Below are positions 1-24,019 of a stretch of DNA of 64,000 nt, piece after piece (positions within the stretch are counted from its first letter, which is position 1; every line of letters starts with the position of its first letter). The translations under genes and the position numbers were made by a program. The notes beneath the pieces are model-generated. The model did no database searches. It was not told the origin of the DNA and was given only the letters and a program-made list of their open reading frames with translations. This DNA comes from the human T2T-CHM13v2.0 reference genome, Homo sapiens, in NCBI RefSeq assembly GCF_009914755.1, contig NC_060932.1. One strand, given 5' to 3'.

Positions 1-1572
1 TACACAAGATACTAGAATTTCTAAAACTAAAAAGACTGTTCATGTAAAGCACTGAGGAGGATGCGGCTAGAACTCTTGCACAATGTTCTTTTCAATGTAA
101 AATAGTATAATTGCTGTGGAAAACCAGCTGGAAGTTCATTATTAATACAACTCAGCAATTTTATTCCTAGATATTTATCCAAGAGAATGTAAAACATATG
201 ATCATAACAGTTTTATTCATAATAGACCTAAACTGGAAACAATCAAATGTCCATCAATGGTTGAATGGATAAACAAATTGTGGTATATCCTTACAACAGA
301 ACAGAACTCAACAATAAAGAGGATGGTACATCTGATACATGCCACTGTAAGGATGAATCTCAGAAACGTTAAGAGCTCACAGTGCCTGATTCCATCTATA
401 CTAAACTTTAGAAAATAAAAGCTAATCTCCAGTGACAGTAAGTAGGTCAGTGGTTTCCTTTAGCTGTGGGTCAAAGTTAGGGGTGGGCAGAATGGATAAT
501 GACCTACATTTAGACAAGGGGAAACATTCTGGCTTGCTGAAAATATCCTCTATGGTCAATGTGGAGGTGGTTACACAGGTGTATATATTTTTCAAAAGTC
601 ATAAAACCCTACCCTTAAAATCTTTGAGTTATTCTATGTAGACCATAACTCAATAAAGTTTTTTTTAAAAAGAATGTTTAATTTTTTTAAAGAAGGGGTA
701 GCAAACAAAATGCAAACAGAAACTTGAACAGATATTTGTATATCCATGTCCATGGCAACTTTGCACAATACCCAAACAGTGGAAACAACCCACATGTCCC
801 TCAACAGATGAATGGATAAACAATGTGGTGCATAAATACAATGAAATATTGTTCAGCCTTAACAAGGGATGAAATTCTGACACTTGCAACAACGTCGATG
901 ACCCTTGAAAACATTATGCTAAGTAAAATAAGCCAGTCACAGAAGGACAAATATTGTATGGTTCTATTTATATGAGTTTCCTAGAATAGCCAAATTCATA
1001 GAATGGTATTTACCAGGGGCTAGGGAGAGAGGGAAATGGAGTGTTAGTAACTAATGGGTACAGAGTTTCAGCTGAGGAATATGAAAACATTCTAGAGATG
1101 GATGGTGGTGATGCTTGCACAACAATGTGAGTGTACTTAATGCCATAGAACTGTTGATATGGTTTGGCCATGTCCCCACCCAAATCTTATCTTGAATTGT
1201 AGCTCCCACAATTCCGTGTTGTGGGAGAGATCTGGTGGAAGGTTATTGAATCATGGGAGTGGGTCTTTCCCACGCTATTCTCATGACAGTAAGTCTCATG
1301 AGATATGATGGTTTTATAAAGGGGAGTTTCCCTGCACAAGTTCGCTTCTCTTGTCTGCCGCCATGTGAGATGTGCTTTTCACCTTCCACCATGATTGTGA
1401 GGCCTCCCCAGCCACATAGAACTGTGAGTCTATTAAACCTATTTCTTTTGTAAATTGCCCAGTCTTGGGTATATCTTTATCTGCAGTGTCAAAATGGACT
1501 AATACAACTGTACACTTAAAAATTCTTGAAATGATAAATTTTATGCTATGTGTATTTTACCACAATAAAAAA
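1..1572 (+). mobile_element. Old L1M (L1ME/L1MB-like) 3' fragments, interrupted by a THE1 LTR
   Basis: Degenerate L1 3' motifs (aaatgtccatcaa..gaatggataaacaaattgtggtata; gaaaacattatgctaagt; gttttaccacaataaaaa-like end); sequence is continuous across the LTR TSD. Confidence 0.75.
1155..1506. mobile_element. THE1 (MaLR) solo LTR, THE1A/B-like
   Basis: TGATATGGTTTGG...CTAATACA termini, ~350 bp, 5-bp TSD ACTGT (1150-1154 / 1507-1511). Confidence 0.9.
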
Positions 1573-2716
1573 GGAAGGGTAGTGAATACAATATGTGAGG
1601 AGGGGGAAAGTGGACGTCCCAATTAAATGAATGCTTTGTTTCATGGGTGAGGAAAGCATGGAGACCAACATAAGTTGATTTGCAAGGAATACTGGAGCAA
1701 TCCTGGCCATGAAAACACAAAACATGTAAACAAAGGACCAAGGAGATTTGAAAGAAGGAACTTCAAAAAGCTACTGTCCTGATCAACAGGATAGGTGAAC
1801 CGAATGACCTGATTATCAGCTTTAGAAATTCACATCTTAAGTCCGCTCCCAGAGGATTGTGTTTCCACTCCCCAAAGCTTTTAATGAAAGCATGAATTTC
1901 ATGAGAAATTGCTGCAAAATTAGCTAAATGGAAACATTTGGATTTGGATTTGGTCCACTGTCTGCACAATAATTTCCCTGTGGCCTAAGACAAAAGGGTA
2001 ATCAGATTTGGACTAACATGACCCCCAATTCATAAGAGGAACACTGGCAAGTTGCTGAGATTCAGAGGAGATCAATAGGACACAAGAATCAGCTAAACTT
2101 GCAGGCATAGCAGCCATGGCAACATCCCTAGCAAATCCTCCACACAGATAGTAACTAGCCACTTCAAAATCACTGGGAGTGGAGCCAAGAGAGGGAACAC
2201 TGAGACAAGGACTTTGTAAATCTTAAGGATAAACTCCTCCCCACACAAGAAAAACAGACAGCACCTAAAGCATTTTCTTTGATTTTTTCCTGATCTCTCT
2301 AAATTTAAGAAACCTGGCCTTAAAGTCTGAGAGATCAAGCCCAGCCTCCCATAGGGAAGGACAAATTGTCCCAAAGTCCTTAACATGCAGGTCTATTAAA
2401 CATCTGATCTGCCTGGAGAGACCCTAAACCTTATGACCTGCTTTGAATGAAGGACAATATTCAAGAATATAGGAAATTTCAGATACAGGATCAAAGATAA
2501 CATTAATTCTAGGAAGCTTGAATACAAGGACAGAAATTCTTTTGACTATTGAAGGATGTGGAGAAAAAGTGGCTGAAGTTGCTGGGTTATAATTGCTGGG
2601 TATAGAATTTTTCCTGGGGTGGTATCTCCTTTCCATGAATGTGTAATTGCAAGGAATTCATTGCAATTTTAGGAAAGGTAAGAACCTTCTTCTCAAAAAG
2701 TTAAAGAGTAGGAGCC

Positions 2717-3836
<1,120 letters not shown>

Positions 3837-4725
3837 GTACCAAGTTCCATTAGAAGTTCACCAAACTATATAATAGGGATGGATGTTGAAGAATTATACC
3901 TTTATTGTACTACTACAGGAATAAACTCTCCAACACTGCATTATAATCTAACAAGGTAAAGTTTAAACAGGAGCCTTGCCATAATTCAAGGAGAAATTTC
4001 ATCCTTTTCATAGATGTCATATTGATCAGCAGTCAGAAATAATCATAACTGAACTCTGTCTTTCCTCGTTAGTTTGATGACTAAAAATGCTAGAACAATT
4101 AACAAGAAAAAAATTCAAGGGCCCTTCACCAAACAACATTTGTGAGAGTAGCATTATTTGGAGCAAACAAACTATGCACTGAATGAGACAAAAATTTTAT
4201 CCTTGAGAGCCACATCACCAAACAGGAGGCAAAGAAACAAGTGTCATGTGTGGATAGTGACACATCTGGGTGTTAGGCTGTAGTCTCATCATTCAATTGC
4301 ACAGCATCCTGAACAACAAAATGCCTTAAAGCTTGCACAAGCAACTTTCTGACCTCTCTGCCCTTGATGTGGAGCCATCGGCATGTCCCAAATCAAATGA
4401 CAAAGCTGTCAAGTCTGCCAAATAGTGTTCTCATTTTGGAAGACAATTGCCAGCCACTTACTGTGCCATAGTTAAAACAGCAGTTCATAAACAGAACATC
4501 AAATTCTTTTGCTACCCCCATTAATTGCCTTATACCTGAAACCTCATTACTCTCAAGGAGGAATGAGCAAATGAGATTTCCATTCTTAAATGGAAACAGT
4601 ACAGTCAATAGAGAGTCATATTGATCTCCAAAGAGATATGAAGCCATCACAGATTGTGCTGCCCTGCTGGAGACCAGCCCTTGACAAGGGCACCCTTACT
4701 GATTCCAAAGGTACATTGCTTCTAA

Positions 4726-5095
<370 letters not shown>

Positions 5096-5704
5096 CAATA
5101 CCATTATTTCAAACAGAATAAGTTATATGTATCCAAATCCCAGTTTCAGGGCAAACAAAATGATTGCAAGTAGAGTCTTACTCAAAAAAACTATTTACCT
5201 TCTCAGTAATTGCTCCTTTCAGAGTACCACATGTCATAACTCAGGCCCCATGGCAAACAAGATGAGGTAACTGTGAGCCTCAGACATAGTTGGCCATATT
5301 CACCACCATGAAGAGATCTGATGTAATAGAGAATGATTAGTCCTGAGTTCTTCTTCATTAAAACACTGGAGAGAAAGTAGTAGAGCTGACTTATTTTCTG
5401 AATTGGGACAGAGAGTAATGGTTCAGTGGGGGAAAAATTAGTTGGTTAGAAAAGTAAAAGGAAACATATGGTTCTAAGGGTTTTTTTATATTTTAACCAT
5501 GTTGGGAAAAATTTTATTGATAAAAGAAGGATAGATATTGTTTCTGACTGCCAGATATGTTAAAATAAATATTAAAATACCTTTCACAAAATGGTTGAGA
5601 AGGTACAGGTTAACCACCTAGAAGCCAAAATGTAAAAGGAACTTTATAAGCTGAGGAACCTGGAAACACTAAATATTTTGCCAAAAAGAGACAAAGGAAC
5701 TTTA

Positions 5705-12127
<6,423 letters not shown>

Positions 12128-13436
12128 CAAAGGAACTTTACTTTAAAACCCAGAAATCTTCTAAAACTAGGAAGCCTTTGGCTATTTTTTTTTCTTGCAT
12201 AGTTCGCTAATACTTCTACTCCATTGATGAATGTTACTATACAAGATGAAGATACAACTTCACTATGCCCAACTTGTCCCAATCTACTGCACTTTGGGGA
12301 CCTGAATGTAAGGTTTCTTACTCTGATAAACGAAGGCTACTTTCAGCATATATGGAAACTGTTAATAGTCCAGCCATCATGGACGGTTTGATAGGTTTCA
12401 GCCTCCCTCCCATGCCATAGGTTCTATATGGAGAAGAGCCATGGTCTCAATGTATTAATTATATCCAATCATATATTGAACAGCATCTATAGGCAATGAC
12501 TGGGACATAGGGAACACACTCAACCAGGAAAGAGATCAATCTGTTCTATTACAGCAACTACAGAAGCTAATCAATGCTAATGAAAATTGAGTTGAAGACA
12601 TTCTAGATAGTCTCTGGGAAATTAGTGTATCAACATGATCAAAAAGAATACTAGAATATTTTCAGCAGTACTATAATGTAAATTGAATACTTCTATTTAC
12701 TGGGTAGAATGTTCAGTAAGCATGTCTTGCCACGTTTCCCAGGCAATGCAGGTGCTCCATGTAACTGAAACATTACATTGCAATCTGATGGGGCATCTAG
12801 GGCAGTAATGCAAAAGATATTAAATAGAACAGACCCTTTAGAGTCTCATTAGATCTAATTGGCTTTGGAGTCATACCCAGATTACAATGATGCTACCCAA
12901 ACATTAAAAATCTTGTTGCATATGAAACTTTAGTTAAGCTACAAATAGAATTATACTAACACACCTAACTTCTATGAGAAATAGTCAATTCTTCCAGAGA
13001 TATGAGGCTATTCTAACAATACTACAGCCAGACTTACAATAAGCCCTCAACAGGATTCCTGAGAGAATTCAGTCCTAAAAAAAAAAAAAAAAAAAACCCA
13101 TTATGTGTAATACATCAGCTTCTATACGTCTAAAATATACCAGATATGTTCCCTGGGAGAATTAAGAAAACAGCCACTGTCATCATTTTCTATAGAGCTT
13201 AATTCTCTTACAGAACTGCAGTTAAGCAAAAGTAGCCAGTCAACATTTGGCCGCTTTTATGAGTCAGACTGCAAAATTTATTTGTGCCCTTAAACTAGAG
13301 TTATGTTGGGAAGAAAATAACCACAAGAGCAATGCAACTTACTCTAACATGCTTTAGAAAAAGTAAAAAACAATGTATCAAAACAAATCATATTGCACAC
13401 TTTGTAAGTACACGCTAGGAGATGAATTGGTACTAG

Positions 13437-14392
13437 TGATAGGGAGAGGAGGCAGAGAAATTCTAGGCAGAAAAGGGTGGGTTACCAACAAAACCCCACC
13501 CTCAATCCTGAAACTGCAACCCAAAGTGAGAACTTGTATTCCTGTTTCCCAACTTGAATGTTGCCTTTTCCAAAACAACCCATGGTCCACCCCATCCCCC
13601 ATCTGCACCCATAAAAACCCCAGGCTCAGCTGGCAGAGGGAGAAGCATCTGGACTTTGGAGAGAAGCAGCTTGACTTCAGAGGGATGGCCTGATGGTGTA
13701 ACTTCGGAGAAGAATCTTGCCAGAGATGGCCGGACTTCAGGGGCAGATTACCTTCCCACTCCATCCCCTCTTCAGCTCCCCTTCCCACCAAGATCCACCT
13801 CCATCGGCAATAAAATCCCCTGCATTTACCATCCTTCAACTCACTCATGCGCCCTCATTTCTCCTGGGCACTGGAGAAGAGCTTGAGATCCACGAATGCA
13901 GATGCAAAAGGCTGTCACACTTGCCCTTTGCCCTCGCTGGCAGAAGGCAGCCTCTTCATGTGAGAAGGCAGAGGGCCCTCTGAGCTCTTGACACTGAAGC
14001 CATCCACGGATGGTAGAGCTAAAAGAGTACTGTAACACTCCCTCTGGGGCTTGAGGGGTTGCGGACACCCCCCACCCTGATACACTGCCATGGGGCCAGC
14101 ACAGAGTTGGCTCCTACAGATGCTGAAAAGCACTTGCCCTGGCTCCTGCGCCTGCTCACCTGCATGACTCCTCCTGCTAGGGGTGGAATGCAGCAGGTCT
14201 AAGTGAGTGGCGTTTGCTCCTGCTGGCACCAGGTGCTTGGAGTAGCCAGCTGTTTCCAATGCTTGTGTACTGCAGTTCCCACCTCGTTCACTTGCGTGCT
14301 TCCTCCCACGAGGAATTGAGAGCTGTGGGCTGAGTAAACAGAGCAACCCCTTAACAAGTCCCACAAAGGTGTCAGGGAAATATCGTGGCTCA
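13437..14392 (+). mobile_element. ERV1 solo LTR (LTR28/MER52 group)
   Basis: TGATAGGGAGAGGAGGCAGAGAAATTCTAGG...CA termini; internal AATAAA ~13809; 4-bp TSD CTAG 13433-13436 / 14393-14396. Confidence 0.85.
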
Positions 14393-14689
14393 CTAGGTGT
14401 AAACATTATCGATCAAAACTGCTCCTTCATTTAGTACCGCATTATGGTATTATTTATATATTTCGGCCATTTAAAAGAAAAAAAAACTGTTAAGGAACTT
14501 ACAACATCCACGTGTGGTGTGCAGAAGTATTCTGTTCAATAAGAAGTGAAACCATTGAGCCAATTTAATTAAATATTTATCTACCTTGCTCTACTTCAGC
14601 TTCTTCAGCCTTAACCCTGTACACGTTACTCATACACAGTAGGTTTGGTAAATAGGCTCAGCTTGGAAATCTTAGAATAGTATTAGTTA

Positions 14690-15003
<314 letters not shown>

Positions 15004-16051
15004 AATTTTTTTGAATCTCAACTTATTCTAAAGAACTAGAAGTGTCATACGGGATCCCTTCTCTGTCAGTAGGAAAAGGCTGTGCAATCTAACACTGGGA
15101 CAAGGAATTACATGCATTAAATAAATTACACTAATAAACACTACAATATTCACAAAAATATCATAATTTAGGGGGTATTTTCAACAGAGGAAAGTGAAAT
15201 ATAACTAGAGGGCCAAGATATCATCTCTGCTAATCTCTGAAACCAAAAGTCTGAAGTTAATTGGGCACAACTTCTGGTTGTAGATCTTTGATGGAAATGA
15301 ACTGAAATTGAACCACCTTATAAAAACTGAATACTAGATGAAAAGGCCGTTAGAAATAAAATTAAATAAACTTGAAAACAAGAAGAATATAATGCCCCAA
15401 TAAATAACCAGTTTAGTACTTGTAAAGAATGGTCTTCTAGCTGCTTCAGTAGAAGTGTCCATCTTGAAAGTTTGTGCCCTTGTTATTGATGGGCCAGGTG
15501 TCATTATTTTGCCTATTTTAGGCCATTGTTAAATTAGACAGACACAAATTCCCTTCACCCATTTTACTTTGGATAATGACCAAACATAAAATAAAATGAT
15601 GCCTCAAAGAATATTGCATCCATTCTTTCCCAATCAACAGAAAAGTCGAGGGTGGAACGTGGTAGGACAAATCCTTCATTTGCAGGCTGGAGGGACTCGA
15701 CCATTTGAAAGGTGACAAAACTGCCTTCATCTCGGAAAATATGGACCAATGTTCCATGAGAATGGTACCAACAAGGCCTGGACCATTTAATCACCAAAAG
15801 ATAATTTGAATGACATATAAAAGAGTTGGAAACAAACATGTGAGATCTCTCTATGTCATGAAAGATCACTCATGCCTTCTCCTTTGTAATATTTATGTTA
15901 AAAAGCAGAGGAAGCTTATATCTGAGTGTGCCAGATGAGAAAAAATAAATTTGATTTAATGTCGTCATTATCAGCACCATCTGTCATCTCAGTAGTAAAG
16001 GAAGAAGTTAAGTTACTTCATTCAGGCAGAGAAGTAACCACGCCACAATTA

Positions 16052-17780
<1,729 letters not shown>

Positions 17781-17939
17781 AGCACAGACGGACCTAAAGT
17801 TCTAAACCTTTAAGGTTCTTAATCCCTGCCCTCAAAGGAGAGAACCTGACTTTCTTTAGAGTTTCAGCCGGAATACCAGGCAGGACTTTGCCTGGAATGC
17901 TTGGATCACATGCCAATCCTTAATTTAAATACTATGGAT

Positions 17940-18250
17940 GCTCAAGCACAGAGGCTCACTCCTGTAATCTCAATATTTTGGGAGGCCAAGGTGGGTGGAT
18001 CACTTCAAGTCAGGAGTTAAAGACCAGCCTGGCCAACATGGTGAAACCCCGTCTCTACTAAAAATACAAAAGTTAGCAGGGCGTTGTGGTGGGCGCCTGT
18101 AATCCCAGCAACTCAGGAGTCTGAGGCAGTAGAATTTCTTGAACCCAGAAGGCAAAAGTTGCAGGTGAGCCGAGCTCGTGCCACTGCACTCCAGCCTGGG
18201 CGACAGAGCAAGACTTTGTCTCATAAGTAAATAAATAAAATAAAATAAAT
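17940..18250 (+). mobile_element. Alu (AluS-like) with (TAAAA)n tail
   Basis: Alu dimer. Confidence 0.9.
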
Positions 18251-19086
18251 ACTGTGGCCAAGATCACATGTAAGACTGGTCAACCTGGGCCATGTATTTA
18301 TCTCTAGAACTTAGGTTAAAACTAACTAGAGTTAGTTTTAACTTAGGGTTAAAATAACTGTCTCACTAGAACTGGACAAATTTTAAAATCCACCATCTGG
18401 CCACTAAAATGTTTAGTGATATTACACAGCAAACGTTATGGCCCTTCATTACAATGGAGAGATTTTCAGATTTGGCTCCAAGCAACCAAAATTCCATTTA
18501 CATGCAACTGATGCTCTAACTTCTACTTCAGCTTCTCCATGCCAACTCCTTCACTGCCTCCTAGATAATTAGTTCTCTCATTCTGTCTTTACACATCTGC
18601 AATGAGTAAATGTAATTCCACCTGGTTCCCCAGCCCAACAAAAAAAGCAAAGACCGACTAGCATCCCCACCGGAGGAGGGGCATTCAGTACAAAGAATAT
18701 AGTTGAAGGAAACAAAACTCCGGCAACCCAGGCAGTGTGAACATTAAATATCTTAAAATGAACTTTAAATATTCATGGATGCAAAAACATTGCCTGGTCA
18801 TTAATATCTTTGAAGACATTAATGGGAAGTATTGAAAATGTACAAAATTTGATTTCAGAGAACCTGAGCAGACAACCCAGGCAAGCTTTCTTGGCCTCTG
18901 ACTAACAGAGCTGTGAGATAATACTTGGGTGTTAAGTGTCTGCGTTTGCTGTAATTTGTTACATAGCAATGGAAAGCTAACACAATCCTATGTACCTACT
19001 CCTGTAAGTGTGAGGCTTTCAAACTGGTGCTTATACTAGAAAAGATTAGATCTCACTCAGAACCCTCTCTTTAAAAAAACACAATA

Positions 19087-19434
<348 letters not shown>

Positions 19435-19754
19435 CTAAAAACTCTTCCTTAAAATTTTAAAATATGATTTAGAATGTAAATATATGCCAAAGGATCCAGG
19501 AGTATCTCTTAGGAACAACAGAGCACAATCCTCTTTGAGGCCATACCTTTTTTTATTAGTCTAAGTGTTGACTGTCAGAATCTTGAAATCTGGATTAATT
19601 TGGACTAAACATCCCTGGCTGCCTCCAGTTATTTTTGCTAGTAGAAGCAGTATGCACTGAACATATAAAGGTTACTTAAGGGACTGATTTCTCACTTACC
19701 AAGAATATGTAATGGCTTTTTAAAACTTTATTATTAGAAATTAGAAAGCATGTG

Positions 19755-21058
19755 CAGCAGGTCCTCACCTAAAATCATTTCATTCAATGTCATTTTATTA
19801 TAAAGTTGATGAGAAAACAAATGGCTCCACAGCACAGCCACTGCCTGCGTGGAGTTGGCATGTTATCTCCATGTTTGCATGGGTTTTAGCCAGGTACTCT
19901 GGTTTTCTCCCACTTTCCTAAAATGTGTACATTAGGCTAATTAGTATGTGTAAATGGTCCCTGTCTGTTTGTGAGAGTGTATGTGTGCATAAATGTGCCC
20001 TGTGGTGGCATGACATCCTATCCAGGCTGGTTTCTACCTTGTCCCTGGAGCTGCCGGAATAGATTCCAGCCACCTAGAAACCCTGAACTTGAATAAGAGA
20101 GTTGGAAAACGAATGAATGGATACAAATTATTGGAAAATAAAAATTTGTCAAGTGTACAATAATCATACCAATGCAGGACAAGAGATGAGATAGGAAAGT
20201 GCTCAGCAAGTCCGCCACATTCATTATTTGTTTGTAAATTGCACGGTGGTAAGAGGTGATCCTAAAAATTTTTGCTTTTCAAACATTGATTCCTTGATTT
20301 AACCTACTACCACCATAATCACAGTCATTTACTGATTCACCAAATATTGAGTAAATAATTATCATCACATTATGTTTTTATTAATCTTTCTTAAATGTAC
20401 ATGTGACTGACATTTATTTCAATGTTCAACATTAAAAGTGTTTTGGGTCATTAGTGTGAAAGTTAAGCATATAAACTGAGTCATTCATGTCATAACCAAC
20501 TAAAACAGAGTCAAGAAGCCAGAGGGAAGAAAGCACTCAGGGCATATAGCATTGCCCCAAGAATGTAATTCTCTGCAAGCCTGGCTGCTGAAACTGCCTG
20601 CTATAACTGGAGACCAGTTTCATCTAATATCTACAGAAACAACCTGTTACGACCCTAAGACTAGTTCTATCCACTGCAGTCACTCACCAATCAGAACTTG
20701 CCAGCTCCCCACATTTTACTAGTGTCAATTGAACTTTCTTTCAAAATGATACAGAACATTTCTCCTTTTTGTAAAATTTCTAACCTTCTCTTTGTTCTTT
20801 GGACATGCGAAAGACTCACATTGCTATTCTTGCTTCCCCAACAAAAACGTTAAGCTTAGAGATGCATCTCTAAAAGTTTATTTTGATTTCTACATTAGTC
20901 AGAGGGTTGGTGATATTTTTGTGATCAGACACATGCCATAGGAATGTACCTTTTGTTATATCAATTATCCCACAGTAAAACTGGTTTCATTATATGTCCT
21001 TTTGCTTAGTATCACTGTTTCCAAGAATATATCAGTAACATTAAGTGAGGACTCATTG
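19755..21058 (+). mobile_element. MER6-like TcMar-Tigger DNA transposon, interrupted by an LTR
   Basis: Start CAGCAGGTCCTC, end GTGAGGACTCATTG-TA; internal V-domain-like motif (gtggagtt.gca.gtt.tc.ccatgt.tgc.tgggtttt..cc.ggtactc.ggttt). Confidence 0.75.
20455..20894 (+). mobile_element. ERV1 solo LTR (LTR54-like) nested in MER6
   Basis: TG...CA termini; 4-bp TSD TTAG 20451-20454 / 20895-20898. Confidence 0.75.
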
Positions 21059-21269
21059 TATCTGTAGGCTTAACAACTTTTCTATTGAAGCCAGGCTTTT
21101 ATTATATATGAGATATTTCTGATGATTAGCTAATTCACAAAGCTGGAAATTGCCATAACTGCATTATGAACATAAGTGACAGCCTGAATGGCTTTCTTAC
21201 TTTTATACATTAAGTTTATGATAGATCTATAATCTCACAAAGGGTTAGTGGCATAAATTCCTTGTTTTG

Positions 21270-21561
21270 TAACACAGGAACAGAAAACCAAACACTGCAT
21301 GTTCTCACTCATAAGTGGAAGTTGAACAATGAGAACACATGGACACAGGGAGGGGAACATCACACACTGGGGCCTGTTGGGGGATGGGGGGCAGGGGAGG
21401 AAGAGCATTAAGACAAATACCTAATGCATGTGGGGCTTAAAACCTAGAAAACAAGTTGGTAGGTGCAGCAAACCACGGCACATGTATACCTACATAACAA
21501 ACCTACATGTTTTGCACACGTATCCTAGAACTTAAAGTAAAATAAAAAATAAATAAATAAA
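21270..21561 (+). mobile_element. Short 5'-truncated L1PA 3' end
   Basis: L1 3' UTR + A-rich tail; perfect 17-bp TSD ATAAATTCCTTGTTTTG 21253-21269 / 21562-21578. Confidence 0.92.
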
Positions 21562-22704
21562 ATAAATTCCTTGTTTTGACATTGCATTTGTCTAAAAACC
21601 AAACCCTTTGGAATCGACAGACCAAGAGTTTTCTCCACCCCCATATGCTTAGATTTCTCTTATCATTGCAGAAAATGTGGAGGAGTTTGGCAATTGGTAG
21701 TTAATATTCCAATATAAAAGAATAAAAACTGAAAGTTAATTTATAATTACTAATAGAACATTTTTAAATGAAGAAAATAAGGAGACGAAAAGGATAACAG
21801 ATGAAGTTTCTCACTAGCATCCTGAGAATATAATAAATTGGTTTCAAAATATCGATTTGATAATAAACCAAATTATTCTTATCTCTCCATGTATGAGTTA
21901 ATTACTATGTTGACATATAACTTCCATTTAGCAGTATCAAGTAAAATCCCTCTGGATACCCAATAATCATTTCTTCAAATAGTGTCAGTCCAGCAAAGGC
22001 AAATTATTTTTCTGACATAGGAATGGATGCCAGTATATAAACATAATAAGATTAAAAGATACAGTGACTTTCTAATTTTCTACAAGTTTATAAAACCATT
22101 GTTTTAATCACATTTCATTCCTCAAATTACTACAAATGTCTGTCACAATAAAAATGTTAGAAATATATTCCTGTTATATCTCAAAAAAATTTTGATTGCA
22201 AAACAACGTTTATTTGGGGACATCTTTGATCAGTGTACTGTCTTTTTAAATGTGTACAATTTCCCTCATAGTTACAAGTTTTAGACACCAGAACCACTTT
22301 GCAAAAGACTTAAAATATTTCCTTAATGCTTGCTTTAGGGCATGTACTTCAAATATGGATGTCAAACATTGAACCAAAAGTAGTTTTTTACTTTTTAGTT
22401 TATAAATAAAAGTAAAAATGGGGTTATTTTGAAGATTATTTAAGTACTACTGCTAAACTATTTTTACTATTTTTTATATTCATAAAACCAAGAGGTTTTG
22501 AGCTAAAACATTTCCTTCTCTATCTCTCCCATATACACACCCGAGTGCACACCCAACTCTTCACATACACGAACATTCAAGTGTCGCTTTATTAAAGTCA
22601 TATGTTGAACTCTCTCCTCTCACCATACACATCAGCATTAATTTATGTAAGTAAGAAGATGGTGAACGAATATAGAAATAAGATAGCATTAAAGCAATAG
22701 TCTT

Positions 22705-22990
22705 GTCATTCAAAGTGTGCTTCAAGATCTAGGAACATCGAGCATCACTGGGATGTTGTAGAAAGGCAAAATCCCAGATCATCCTCTAATAAGAATCCCC
22801 ATGTGATTCATATGTACATTAAATGTTAGAAACACTGTTCCAGACTAGTGGCTCTCAAAGTGTGGTCAACATTACCTAGGAAACTAGGTGAAACTAGATG
22901 CACATTTTTAGACCCCACCCCAGAACTACACATCAGAAACTCTGGGGGTAGAGGCCAGCAATCCTTGTCTTACCCAGCTCTCCAGGTTGG
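22705..22990. mobile_element. MER5-like hAT-Charlie fragments
   Basis: ctcaaagtgtggtc, ccccaccccagaactac..atcagaaactctgggggt motifs. Confidence 0.6.
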
Positions 22991-23139
22991 TAAAGAGTGG
23001 CATCTGGTCCACTATCATTACTACATGCCCAACCATGAGGCCAGCAGCATTGACAACTGTTGGGCACTAGGAAATAAAACCTTAGAAGAACTTTTACAAA
23101 TCTATCAGAATTTGTATCTGCTTAGCTTTCTAAACTCAT

Positions 23140-23740
23140 CTGTGCCACTCTCCCCATAGCTCACTAAGCTCCAGCCACAAAGCTATTTCCTGCCTTAGGA
23201 ACCCCAGACTCATTGTTTCCTCCCCCTAGAAGGTTCTCATCCTTCTCTTTACCTGGGTAGCCCCTTCTTAACCTTTAGGGCCCATCAGAAATCTAATCTC
23301 CCTAGAAAAGCTTTCTCTGAGCCATCCTACATTTATTCTTTCTTTTTTTTTCTGTCTGAACCTTGTTTTCCTCATAGAATAACTCACCACTCATAATTAT
23401 GGTATTTGTTAATTTACTTGTTTACTATCTGTCTTTCCCACCAGCCATTAAGCTCCATGATGTAGGGCCCACCTCTATCTGGACCACCCCATTTTCCCCT
23501 AGTGCCTGACACTATACTATACTACTGTATAGTAGCCTTTAATGAACCTGTGCTGTGCCAGGCATGGTGGCTTATGCCTGTAATCCCAATACTTTGGGAG
23601 GCTGAGGTGGGAACATCATTTGAGGCCAGGAGTTTGAGACAAGCCTGGGCAACATAGCAAGACTCCATCTCCACAATAAAAATTTAATTAAAAAAGAAAA
23701 TTAAAAAAAAATGTTTGCTGAATAAATGGCTAAATAAGAG
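23140..23740 (-). mobile_element. L2 3' fragment with an inserted Alu monomer (FLAM-like, ~23556-23710, +)
   Basis: L2 motifs (taagctccatga..tagg, ccctagtgcctgaca, atgtttgctgaataaatg); monomeric Alu with A-tail. Confidence 0.65.
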
Positions 23741-24019
23741 ATATAATGAAAAGAATACCCGACTCAGGTAGATGGGGACTTACCATTGTTAATGGAGGTG
23801 GTACAAAGACTTATTCTTCCTACAATCATATTGGGTGAAAGAAATGGTCTTTGCCACACTGAATTAAGAAAATAAGTAAACATAAGTTGGCTGTAATGTT
23901 CAATACTTTTCAACATTAGAAGTTCTTTAAATACTAAAGTCTTTCTCTAGGGCATTTAGAATTTTGTCATTTTTAAATGTTATATAAATAAAAGAACTGT
24001 CACCCGAAAAGCAATGAAG

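Noticed and set aside
1403-1415. PRDM9 recombination-hotspot motif in the THE1 LTR
   Set aside because: Sequence is CCTCCCCAGCCAC, the ordinary THE1 form; it lacks the T of CCTCCCTNNCCAC / CCNCCNTNNCCNC.
13373-14406. Cluster of 100-160 aa ORFs
   Set aside because: They fall almost entirely within a solo LTR bounded by a TSD; non-coding.
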